A stretch of 64,000 nt of DNA, taken from Auanema rhodensis. Taxonomy: Eukaryota; Animalia; Nematoda. Positions 12,520-24,500 of the stretch are shown piece by piece (position 1 is the stretch's first letter; every line of letters starts with the position of its first letter). The position numbers and the translations under genes were made by a program. A model generated the notes under the pieces. It saw nothing but the letters and a program-made list of their open reading frames with translations, was not told the DNA's origin and did not search any database. The stretch covers positions 6,696,001 through 6,760,000 of the forward strand of contig OZ059900.1 in NCBI GenBank assembly GCA_964057225.1, written 5' to 3'.

Positions 12520-15500
12520 ATGTCTGACAATAATAGCTCAAACGTACCAGATGAGGAGCAGGCTCCTAATTACAAAGTACCAGAGCAGAAGAGTCTTGAG
12601 GAGATACTGAAGTTGAATCAGGTATGTTATCTCGTTTCCTATATTGTGATCAACCAATACTTTACTGTGAGTCGAGCTGTTAGAATTTGATGCGTTCACT
12701 TAAACTATCCAAGTTCTGAAATATAGGAATAAAACTGTCTGTTCACGAGTAATGAGAAACGAATAGAAAAAAGAAATATATTCGATAGGGTGGCATTAAA
12801 AAAATTAATGGGCAATCTAAATTCAAAGTATATTCGATCAGCTACTTAACAATTTTTGATTATTATTTTAGATGAGATATGTTTTAAAAAAATTTAAATG
12901 TGACTATAGCAACCGCTTTCTACTTTGCACAATATTCATTAATTCATAAGTTGAGTAGGCTCATTCAAGCACAGCTGCAAGTGAGTGGAAGTGTTAAGTT
13001 GATATGTACTGATGAGAAGATGGTAGTTGATGATAGAGAGAGAAAGCTGAGCTCTGCTGCCGCTTCTCAGGGTGATAGAGTAAGGGAATGAAAGGCATGC
13101 CTTGACTTCGGTGGCAAGGAGGCGGAGTGTAAGTCCGTGGTGGTTGGCTAAAGCCGAGTAAATGGTTATGCTATTAATTTAAGCTTCGATGAAAAACTCA
13201 GAAATTTGGTAGTATTTGCATAAAATGGATTTTGATTAAATTAATTTTGACGAAAGTCAGAGATTGGCATTCGCTATCTGTCTGAAATGATTTAAGACAT
13301 ATCTCAAAAAGGATTTTTCGAAAAAAAATTAAGCTGCTGCTAGCTAAAAATGGAACGAAGCAAGAGATCAAACTTTTCGAAGAACAATAAAATATCATAT
13401 ATAATCTCTACATGAATGTTAGTGCAGTGAGAGGAGATAATCTGTTTTAACCTGCATTGAACTCAAAATGCTATGAATGACTGATAAGCTGCTAAACTTC
13501 AACACTCATGAAAGCCGTTTTTTGAAAATGCCAATAGTTGCTATAGAAACTATGATTTTGAAAGTAAATTTAAAAAAAGGAATCAGCGTAAGAATAAAGG
13601 AGTTTTGTTTAATTGATAAATTAGAATTACTAGATATTCGATGAGATATATTTGGAAAAATCATGCAAACAAATGTGTGAATATTCTAGAACAATTAAGA
13701 AGTTAGGTTAGAGGGAGTCGAGCAAATGTACAAAATTACTGATCATATTACAAGAAAAGCAAAAGAAATAATTTGATATGATATATGTAAGGAAAGAAAA
13801 ACTAAGAAATCGGAGAAGTAAAGTTGTAAGTTAAGTAGAAAAGTGGCATTGTTTGATGAAATGAACGAAATAAGACTACACTTTTGGAAAGCTTTATGTA
13901 GTCAATTATCGTTCTACAACTCTGTCATATCATTTTTACTTTTTTATTCAGACACATATTCACTAATACACTCATTGAGAAAGAGCAAAAGTAGAATGCA
14001 GTCATGCGGGGTTGGCCTTCTGTGGAGCCATGAGGGGGGGTGCAGTGTATGGACAAAGTAAATGTATATTTAGGCTTCAGGGCAACAAAAGTGTATGTCA
14101 AAAACTAAAAAAGAGCAAAGATGCGCTATTCATAAATACAAGATGCGTGTAGCAGTCTATTGAGATTAGTATAAGTATGGAAATGAAAGAAACATTTGAA
14201 AATTGACAAACTATCTAGTAAATTTAGAGTTATATATGAAATTGAGTGTGATAATTAGAAAAATAAAAAAATGTTTTCGAATAAACTATTTAGTTGACAA
14301 CTGAGATTTTTTCAATTCATACCAGAATACTCTGTTTCTGATTACTTTGATGTGGATGCAAGTAATTTAAAATTAAGAATTCAAATTGGGAAAGAAAAAA
14401 TAGCTTGAATAGCTATAGAAGCAAAAAAAATGCCGATAGATGCAGAATGAGGATGACTTCGCCCTATTAACCACCACGCAACCTTATTAACTGACCCTCG
14501 TGCACTTTTGAGCTTTTGGCCTCCAATACAGCGGCAGCAATATGCTAAACGAAGTAGAATATTCTAAGAATAGCTTGGCCACCGGCTAAGCAGTTATGTT
14601 AATTATACAATTTTTGGTATTTTTAGGAAGATGAGTCTTTGAAAAAGTACAAGGAACGTCTTCTGGGATCATGTCTTCCTGTTGCTCCTTTCCCATCAGA
14701 TCCTCGCAATGTCATATTCGATAATCTTACACTTCAAGGCGAAGGGCGCGATCCTATTGTTATGAAGTTGGCTAACCCAAGTAAGTCGATGAATATTTAT
14801 ACTATAGACAGTTATTATTTAAAAATTAAGAGTATATATGAACAAAAACATTTGAGAATAATATCATTTATTGGTAGACAAATTAGCTACAATTTATCAA
14901 TTTTCTTTGCAGAAGCTTTGAGTGACCTAACCTATCGTATGAAGGACTCTGCACAGTATAGGTTACAGTTTAATTTTTATATTCAACGTGAGATTGTATC
15001 AGGATTGAAGTAATTTAAGATTATATATAAAAAACCAACTTTATTTCTGTTTAGGTATGTTTACAAGTTGACCAAGCTTGGTATTCCAATATATAAAGAA
15101 GTATTAATGATTGGATCTTATCCACCAAAACAGGAAATGATCACTTTTGATGGACCACTTGAAGATTCACCAAAAAGTATGTTTTGCATGTTAAATCTAA
15201 TATATGTAAAACACTACTTAAAACAAATATTATTGTGTTTTTTTCGAAAACTCAAATCTGTTGGAACGCAGAATAAGATCAAAAGAAAAAATTACTTCCT
15301 TGAATTTAATGATCAGCTACCACATGGAATTTATTAAAATGACGTGAATTCGTCGCTTGAATCTAAGCTTTTCTAAGCTAAAATGAAGTTGTCATCATGT
15401 GATTTGTGATGCTCTAGAGTAATGGAATTAATTCAAAAAACAAAAAGTGTATTTTTGCAGCTCTTGGTATCATGACTCGTGGTAAATATCGAGTAAAATC

Positions 15501-15573
15501 CAAAATTGTTGATGACTACAATCACTGCTATCTGGAGTGGACATGGAATATCGACATTGAGAAGGACTGGTAG
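12520..15573 (+). CDS. rhi-1: Rho GDP-dissociation inhibitor (5 coding exons; ~2-kb first intron)
   Basis: MSDNNSSNVPDEEQAPNYKVPEQKSLEEILKLNQ|EDESLKKYKERLLG...YRLQFNFYIQREIVSGLKY...MIGSYPPK...GIMTRGKYRVKSKIVDDYNHCYLEWTWNIDIEKDW*. Contains the RhoGDI signatures DESLxxYKxxLLG, REIVSGLKY and WxWxxxIxKDW. Confidence 0.95.
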
Positions 15574-16071
15574 ATTAACTGCCTGACCGGGCATAAAAGT
15601 TGTATATCTTCATCCTCACTTTGTTTGAAACCAAGCACAGCAATTTCTCATTGTAGTCGTTATCCCCCCCTCACACTCTCTTTCCTAAAAGTCGATACAT
15701 TCTACTTTCTGTAGCAACACAATTTATTATAACATTAAAATTTTTTATTCTTAAACGATAATGTTGACAGTTAATGTGATCAAATGCCTGTTTTATATGT
15801 ACTTTTCCAAATGATTCTTTGTACAAAAAAAATAATTTCTTCTTAATGATTCCATCTTCTAGTTTTCCATTTTTACTTCTAGATTATTAGTATGTAAAGT
15901 GCAGCCACTAGCGCTCCCTTTTACCCAAATGCGATTTTCTTCATTTTTTTAAACATTTTCATGCTTGCGCAAAGCAAAAATATGGGCATATATCCAAATC
16001 TCCATTGTCCGTATAAACTTTTCCGAGGTTCCCTTGTTTCGCACGCTGTCACATAAGGAGAACCTTCACTG

Positions 16072-16077
16072 AATAAA
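16072..16077 (+). terminator. AATAAA polyadenylation signal, likely for rhi-1
   Basis: Canonical hexamer ~500 nt after the stop, at the end of a U-rich 3'UTR-like stretch. Confidence 0.5.
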
Positions 16078-18331
16078 GAGTTAAACATTTATTTCGGCTG
16101 TAACTAATACGTTTGTAAACAATATCTTACTTTTGTAAATCGTGAAGCATTTCATTAACTCGAGAAAAATTGTGTTAAACTCGTCAGTCGTATTATATAC
16201 TTCGTTCGTTTTTATTGTCATTTTATCGAATATTGGAATATTGGCTTATCCAAGAACGCCATGCTGTTGTGAAGGCAAGTTTTTCTCAAAAAAGTATCTG
16301 CTGTCGAGACTGACAATGACGGTTCATGATATCATTCTCTATAGTTTGAGCACGAGCCTAGTGGTTTAAATCCGAACACTGCATGCAGCTCCGCAATTGC
16401 AATGGTATCTTGTGCTACCAACACCGAAATCGTATTTTTGCAATCACATGCTTGAGTATGTCGCCCAATAGTTGCTTAAGCTCTCGATGCGCCAGACAGG
16501 TGGCCGCTATCTTTGTCAGCTTTTTATCGATGTTGAAGGGTATTTCACATGGGGTAGTCGCATCCGCAAAGAGACGTATGTATGTATTTATCTAGTCATT
16601 TATTTTAGTCAAAAGGATGACACATTCTTCAGTCCAATCATCTATTCTAACTGGTAGTGGTAACACCTGCTTGAACTCAATGCTTCATTCAAACTTCAAT
16701 ATTAATAAATTTTTGGCATTTTTGTTAACTAACATCCGCTAGACCGTCGTTAACCGCCAATCCACTATCGTGATTGTTGAACAACGTGTGAATGTGCTAA
16801 GATACCAATCACTACAAGCCCACACAGAATGTAATTATATTAGAAACAATACAATGTTTTGAAAATAACGGGTTTCAAGCATTTTTAAGGCTTGAAAACT
16901 GTGATAATCAGAATTATGTGTGTCAAATTGTTGCTTGCTCTTATGGATTTTTCAATTAGATGTATCTTCTCAAATAACAATTACTCTCTGTTTTCAACAT
17001 CATTTCGAAGGATATATTAGAAAATAGAGTTTTTATTCATTCTCTAATAATCCTACTATACTTGTGTGTCAGTTATTAAATGCAAAAAAAAAGAAGATAA
17101 ATGACAAATATTTGAACGTATTTTCTATTCTAAACGACATTCTAAAGTGATTACATGTGTCGCATATGAAATAGACGATTAACAATAACCCTAATTCTTT
17201 CGTTTCTTTTCCTTTTGCATGAATAATGTCATAAACTTTTTAGCTCGACGTGCTCAGTTTAAAACTTTTTTTTCTCATTTCCATTTGCTGTCCATAAATT
17301 GTGAAATTATCCATTACGGTGGCCTGCAAGAAAAATTAGAACGCTATTCTGGAGGCAGCTTAATCTTGTATATTTTTTGGCATTTAATGACATTCAGCTT
17401 TAAACATATGCATGTGGGCAAGCTGCAGATGAAAAAAAGACCGAGTAGAAATTGGATAGAAAGGGGACTTAAACCTCACGAACTACAGGAAATAGGTCTG
17501 GAAGCTGAAAAAACTTATATAGATATATACATAATCTATATACATTCAAGATTGCAAAATATATGTGTGTATATGTCTATAGCATGACGTCAGAATGTCA
17601 ATTGAAATGCTATTAAAGTCTTTGATCCAAAGAATAAGTATAAGATCTGACATGTGCATGAGTAAAAGAGTTAACATATGCTACACGGAAGAATGAAGTA
17701 GTAAAAAAGGGAGGTTTGGACCTACCTCTGTGAACTCTTTCATACATATATAACTTCTAGTTTTTTCTTTTTATAACATGATATGTATATATATGGTTAT
17801 TTCCATGGTTATTCTATGTCTTATTCTATGCCAACTTTTCCATGAACATTGGCTGCTTTTGCTGCTTAGTTGATCACACATAAATTCTATGTAATATGTT
17901 CTATGAAGATAAAATGATGTTAATAGAAATGTGAAGACGCATATGCTTTACATTTTAATGAACAATAAAGAATATGGAAATACGTTAAGCTGTGATTTTC
18001 TGACATTCACGCCTTCAATAAAATATTATTACATCCTCTTCTATTATTATACGAAAAAAAATATTAACAAGCTGGCTTTATTTTCTTCATATTTACAAGA
18101 AAATTCATACAGGATTATGTAAGCAGTTATAAATATAATGTATAGAAATCATTCGAACATAATAAAAGAAAGATTAAGAAAGAAAGAGGAAAGGAATAAT
18201 AATTAAGAGTTTATAGTATTTTACATAAGTACATATAGTTATACATATATATATGCTTTTAAAAAGTTCTAGCATATATATGCTTTTTTGATCTTTCCAT
18301 CATGATATTTTACAAATTTCATTAAAACCGT

Positions 18332-21300
18332 TCACAATTTGTCATTACCGGGATTGTTTGAGTTTTCAAGTTCTAAAAGAATATAGTTTTGTGCATTATA
18401 CGAATTTTCTGATTTTACCTGTTTTTTGACGTTCAAGCCAATCTGACATTTGGCTTGCTTCACTTTCTGTTGGTACCTGAAACAAATAGCATTTACTTCA
18501 GTTTAATTTACTGCTGTATCGACCTGTTGGCCACTTGAGCTTTGTCCCGCTGCATTAGTTACATCTGAAAATTATTTTATTTTTCAAACAAGTATGAGCT
18601 GGATTGAAACTCACTCAAGCCGGCCAATTGATCACTTAAAGAACGTGGATTCATTTCATCGACACCAAAACTATCAGGTCCGGCTGTTTGTTTGGTCTTG
18701 AAACGATCGTATTTCTCAAATGCAGAATTGAGCTCATCATTTGTGGTCAAAAGTTCAGCTAAATAAATATATTTTACAATTAAATTGAATAATTGAGAAT
18801 TTGTGATAATTAGAATCCAACGAAAAGTTACAGGATAAAGCTTGAACTAATGTCTTCTATTTTTTCTTCAATTGATTGATATAAAGAAGAATATCTACAC
18901 AAAAATTTGATTTTTGAGTATCAGGTTTTATTGATAATGAAAAATCTTAATCATTCATTTATGCTCATCAAGGCCACATTGGCAGGAATCATTCTTTTTC
19001 TCTGTCATAGTCTTCATCATCATCTTACTTTCTTGCAATCGAAAATCAACATTATTTCAACCAGTATAATGGAAAATTAAATGGAGAACCCAGCTCCAAT
19101 TAAAGAATTTCCGACTTATTGCTTTTTAAAACTATCTGCACTTTTCCATCCAAATTATTTCAATGACGAAATGGATTAAATAAATAAATATTCGCAAACT
19201 CTAGAGGGGGAAATTTAGATTAACTCGTTCACAAAAAAAGGGATCAAGTCTTATTCCTCTTCGGAAAAAGTTGGTACGTCGTTTTCTACCGGGACAAGAA
19301 AGATTAGTTAGATTTAAGACAACACCCAAGGCACTTTGCGAGGGAAAGTTTTAAATCAGGATTATAAATCTACCGTTGTTAAAGATCTAGAAACTATTTT
19401 TCAAGAGGGAAATGAAAAATTCATTCAAAATTTTTTCCATTTGGGACTTGCCTGCAATAGGAGCATCTGGAAGGCCGCTGATAAGAACCAAAATTCGTTC
19501 TTGCATTTTTTTCAATGTGTCATGCAGCTCACGGAGAAAATCAGCGTCATCTTTGCTATGATTAGCTGGATCCGTTTCTCCAAGAAATTGGCGGAAAATC
19601 TAAATTTTTGTTCATTTCAAAATTTGGAAGTTATCTTATACCTTGAGGTTAGATGAAACAATATCGAGCTCAGATCTTAGTTTTGTCATGAAACGTGAAT
19701 TAACTTCAATTGGGGCATCACTCAATGTTTGCAAAACTTCGGCCACGGTCTAAAAATCATTCTTCATTAAAATAATTCAACATCAACGCTTACTCTTTTT
19801 GGGGTCAAAATGGGAGCCATGTTATCTAAATCCCTGGCTGGGAACTCAACACCCTTAGCTTTCAAGTCATCATATACAAATTTTACTCCTTGAAGATCTG
19901 GATCATTTTTGAAAGCATCAGTCCAAGCCTGCAAATAGATCGGCGATAATTGATGTACAGAAAACATATTGGTTTTTAAGTGAAAATGATCGAAAACATG
20001 AAGATTGTAAAGAAATTGTTATACTTTGCTATTGTTTTCTTCATTACTTCAACTTGTTTAACTAGAAAGATGTACCTGAATGAGCGACAAAACACGTTCT
20101 TGAATAACTTGGGGTGCATCATACTTAGGACCAATTAACTTAACCAAATCCAAAATGAAATCTTTCTGACAGACCAGAATATGAAAGTCATGATTACAGT
20201 TTTTGACACAAGTCTCCAGAATTGTCAATGAATACATGACAACAGCATTATTCTTTGACATATATGTCTGGAGTCGCTTTTTAATAGCTCGAATAGCATC
20301 CTTGGCTCTGAAATAAATTATTCATATTCGATACAATCATTGTTGTCTCTTCTTGTACATACACTTCAGGAGATGAATTAGCATAGTCACAGATTTCCAA
20401 ATTCAATCCCCAATTTTCTGTTGCCAATACAGATGCATCTGAAGCCTCTTCTGCAAAATCAAAAGATTAATATGTTCAATGTCGTTCTTTATCTGATATC
20501 TTTGCGCATCCAACTATCAATCATGTACAAACAGTTCAAATGAGACATTTCATGGACATTTCAACAGCATTTTCTTCATGGGAAACCTACATTGCCAATT
20601 ATATGTCTTACACCCTGAATTGTGCATGTCATATATAACGACAATTCAATCAAGATTCATTGTTTTTCTTTTGAATCTATGAAATTCAAGCAAAGTTCTT
20701 TGTTTTCAATTAGGTTATTAAGTGATCAAAAATGGATGAAGTGGAAAAAAATTTAAATTGATCCTGGATACGTTTATGTAAACCGGCTGTTTCTTGCCCC
20801 CAACTTTTAGTTTTCCTCTTCCCCTGACCCGGTTGAATCAGTCGTACAAAAACTATTCATACGCTTAGTCGACGTGGCTTTGCATGATAGGTACACGTGT
20901 CGGTAGAATATTTTCTGTCACATTCATATTAAACAATTTCTTATAGCAATATTTTCTCGAATCATCGAATCAAACTCTTATAAATTTTTTCAGCAATCAT
21001 TGTTATAAATCACTTATCATTCATCAATAATAGAAAAAGTAAAAATTGGCAATGGTAAATCATAATTTCGAAACAATGTTTATGATCAGTTGATAAAAAC
21101 GAATCTTTAAACTATTTTCCTGTACTGTTTCCATGCGGAAAACTGATTACAAACTTACTTGTATAGAATTCGTTAAACTAGCAAGTGAAAAAAAATTGAA
21201 AATGATCATGCTCTTTTAAAACTTGTTAGCTTAACTGGTTCAAAAGAACCTAAACTAATCGAAAGTTTGTTGTTCTTTTTGTCAACATTTATACGATAGT

Positions 21301-21573
21301 TAGTAGGAATAAAACGATTTTTACAAAGTGTTTCAACCAACTACTTTGTCTTTTACTTTTTTCCCTTAGTATCCCTCTCTCTTTTTCTTTTTAATTGACA
21401 ATAAAAAATTGGTTTAGGACTGATAAAATAGCATAGAACTTACCAATTTTTTTCCCGACTGCTGTAGAAAATGGATTTCCTTGCAAAAAGTCACTGACTT
21501 GTTCGCCAACCTTGGCTACTGCTTCACGAGCTGTTTCTACTGTTTTAGCAACATTATCACTCATGTTGCTCAT
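18332..21573 (-). CDS. TOM1/TOM1L2-like VHS-GAT endosomal adaptor (multi-exon, one GC-AG intron)
   Basis: VHS domain GNPFSTAVGKKIEEASD..ENWGLNLEICD..AKDAIRAIKKRL..LTILETCVKNC..WTDAF..GVEFP; GAT domain KLRSELDIV..LKKMQERILVLI..ELLTTNDELNSAFEKYDRF; C-terminal MSDWL motif; stop TGA at 18334-18332. Confidence 0.92.
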
Positions 21574-21581
21574 GATTGATT

Positions 21582-21587
21582 CTGAAA
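21582..21587 (-). promoter_or_regulatory. TTTCAG acceptor 8 nt upstream of TOM1-like ATG (probable trans-splice site)
   Basis: Minus strand reads ATTTCAG AATCAATC ATG AGC. Confidence 0.6.
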
Positions 21588-24500
21588 TATCAAAACATAT
21601 TAAAAACATAAAAAGTAAAAGATATTCATTCAATATAGAGAAGACATAGAAAACTTTTAATTTTTCAACTTAAATTGGCTATATTATGATATCTTTTATT
21701 CTATTTAATAAATTTCAAGAAGCCATGTATGCATTGACAATCAAAGAATCCCAAAATGCATTGAATAGTAAAGAAAGATTTAAGCTTTTAGTAAAATGAG
21801 ATAAAATCAATCCAACTAATGGGCTTACCCTATCCAATGCTCACAGGCTTTATTTCGTTGCGCTCTAATTTATTCTCTGCCAGATACAAATTTTGAATTA
21901 TTTCTGGAAGCTTAATCATTCACAGCTAATTGATCGAATTGATTCAATTATATTATACTTAGAATCAGATTGAGAAGTCGTATTACGAAATGCTTCTATG
22001 ACAAAGGCTCACAAATCTTTTTAAATTCATAGCCATTTCTGAGCGCTAATAGTTAGGATAAGTCTGATAATTGGCTTTTCTAAGGAAGCCATTAACTAGC
22101 AAAATTGATTGAATTTATACGAAACATAATATAATTCAGGTATAATATACAAATTGTTAAGCCGTACTTAAGTAAAATGAGAAGCATGAAAATTATAGCC
22201 AATGCGTAGTTTAACAAAATAAATAATTCAATAAAAAAATTAAAAATTCTAAATCTGAATTAGAGAATATATATATGTAGTTACTTGACGTGAATAACAA
22301 ACTGAATAATACTTATACTATCTTTATGAAAAAAACTGCTGTAAAGTTAAAAATCCATAGTAGCAACTATGATACTAAGTAACAAAAACTAAAAACCTTA
22401 TTTAATATTGAAAATAATCTTTAAACATTGAAATAATGATGAGATAGTCATATTATAACCTGTCATCATATGGTTTTATTGCGTGTCTGCTAATACTACT
22501 GACAAATGGAGCAAGAAAAACAGCCCAAAATGAGCTAGCATATACTCTTGAACAACTTCTGGGCCTTATATTTATGGCCACTAATCGATACGAAATGACT
22601 TGTCTTGCCGTTTTCGTTGCACACAATTATTTGTTTTGTTGTATAAGCGTCCTCATGCAATCCTTAAACGTGTGACACCAAAATTGCATGAAAATACAAT
22701 CAATACAACCAATATCACTGGTGTAGTTTAATAATAACTTAAAAATTAGCCGAAAGTAATATATACAAACTACATTCGCTTTTGCGCTATTTTATCGGCA
22801 TTTTAACTTTTTTTTCGATTATCTCATTCTTTTATTTAGTTAGTGACTAATTTTTGAATAGAGAATACTTAAGCGTCTAATACCAGTTGTTTGCGAAATA
22901 GAAAAAGTAAAATAAAGAAACAAAAATCAATAAAAAAGTATTAAATAGAAGACAGTTTTGTTACTTCCGCTCAAATACGTCACTACTCTTGACGGGAATG
23001 TATATATCCGATATAAATATTGAGCTTCTATGAACAATATAGGTCAATTCGAATATATCCGAACCAATTTCTATTTTTATATTTTTTAGCTCAATGGCAA
23101 AAATTATGTGAAAATAATGACAAGTGGCTATATACACAGATTTGGGCACATTCGTTGAAAAAAAATCGATAAGATGTAGTAGTAAGAGAAGAAGAAGTCT
23201 TGAGGCTACGAATAGACTACTTTAGACATGTTCTATAGCCATATGCCGTAGAAACTATGAGTCATAGTGACAGCACTGAATGATGTCAACGAATCAATGA
23301 CGCTACTGCAAAACAGACCATGTTTTTGGCTAATTTTTGGCAAAATTAGGCTTCCAACAACAACAAAAAAAATTTGAAAATTATTCATAGCTCGCCACTA
23401 TTGAGATGGGTTGCAGTTGAACAGCGGATTTATTGACAGGAAACAAAGTGCATAGTAATATATTTCAAATAATTGAAACGAATATTATACGTATAGTGAA
23501 TATCAAACATTACAGCGGTCTATGTTCAAATGAGAGGCAAAAACAACCAAATGTGTTCCACCGTTTCTCTTTCTACTCGAACGTTTTAAATTTTCTTCAC
23601 ACACTGAGCTTAATCTCAAAAAATTCATTTTCTTTCTATAATTTTTTTATTTTAATTTTAATAGTTTTCCAAGATTGTAATTAAAAAAGAGAATATAAAA
23701 ATGTTTTTGCGGTTTTTCGTGTAAGAAATTGAAACACCAATAGAAAAACTTTAGATATTTTTCTCAAGTTTTCATTTCTTAAAATGTAGTCGATCAACTA
23801 AAATGAAGAAAAACTTAAACTACATTTGTCCTCATTATTTCTTGAATAGGTTGAAAATAGTATTCGGCTGAAGAAGATACTTAAATAATTACTAGATATT
23901 ATCCAAAAACAGCCTTAATTTCTTTATTATTTTTTATTTCATACATATATTAACATTTAAATGAATTTACAGTTCCTTTTTACTTCTGCAATTCATGTTC
24001 TATGTTTAATTCCATTTATCCAGTCATCTTAGAAAACACTTTTTCATTTTTTTTGTTTATCTATGACAAATTGTCCCTCTTTTGTGTGTTAACTTCTGTC
24101 TTTTCCGACATAAATTCAATTTTTTTGCTGATTCAGAAAACGCTTGTCCACATCATCACAATGAGACCAGTAGTAATGCTGATGCGGCATTAACGAAACG
24201 AAGAAATGCGAAGACAATATGTGAACAAGATAGCGTTAGCCAATAGTTTAAGCACACGTCGACTTGGTTTTCCTTTTTGCAGTCTCTGGATGTTTAGATG
24301 GCGCATATGTGTATAACTGCAAGTTTTTGGGAAAAAAAAGCGATCAAACCGCTGTAAAAAGAAATATCATCCGTCAATACTATTGGTATTATTTGTTTGC
24401 AGTACGAAATGATTAGGTCAGAGATCATCCAAAATAATAAAAGCAAAAGAATTAACACGATAGTTTATGGAAAAATATGACAGAAACAATGAAATTATAC

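Noticed and set aside
13009-13045. CTGATGA...GAAA resembling a hammerhead ribozyme core
   Set aside because: The intervening sequence is purine-rich and cannot form stem II; no closing G-C pair or flanking stems I/III.
18961-19353. Short + strand ORFs nested in the TOM1-like GC-AG intron
   Set aside because: Cannot be joined with credible splice sites; no recognisable homology.
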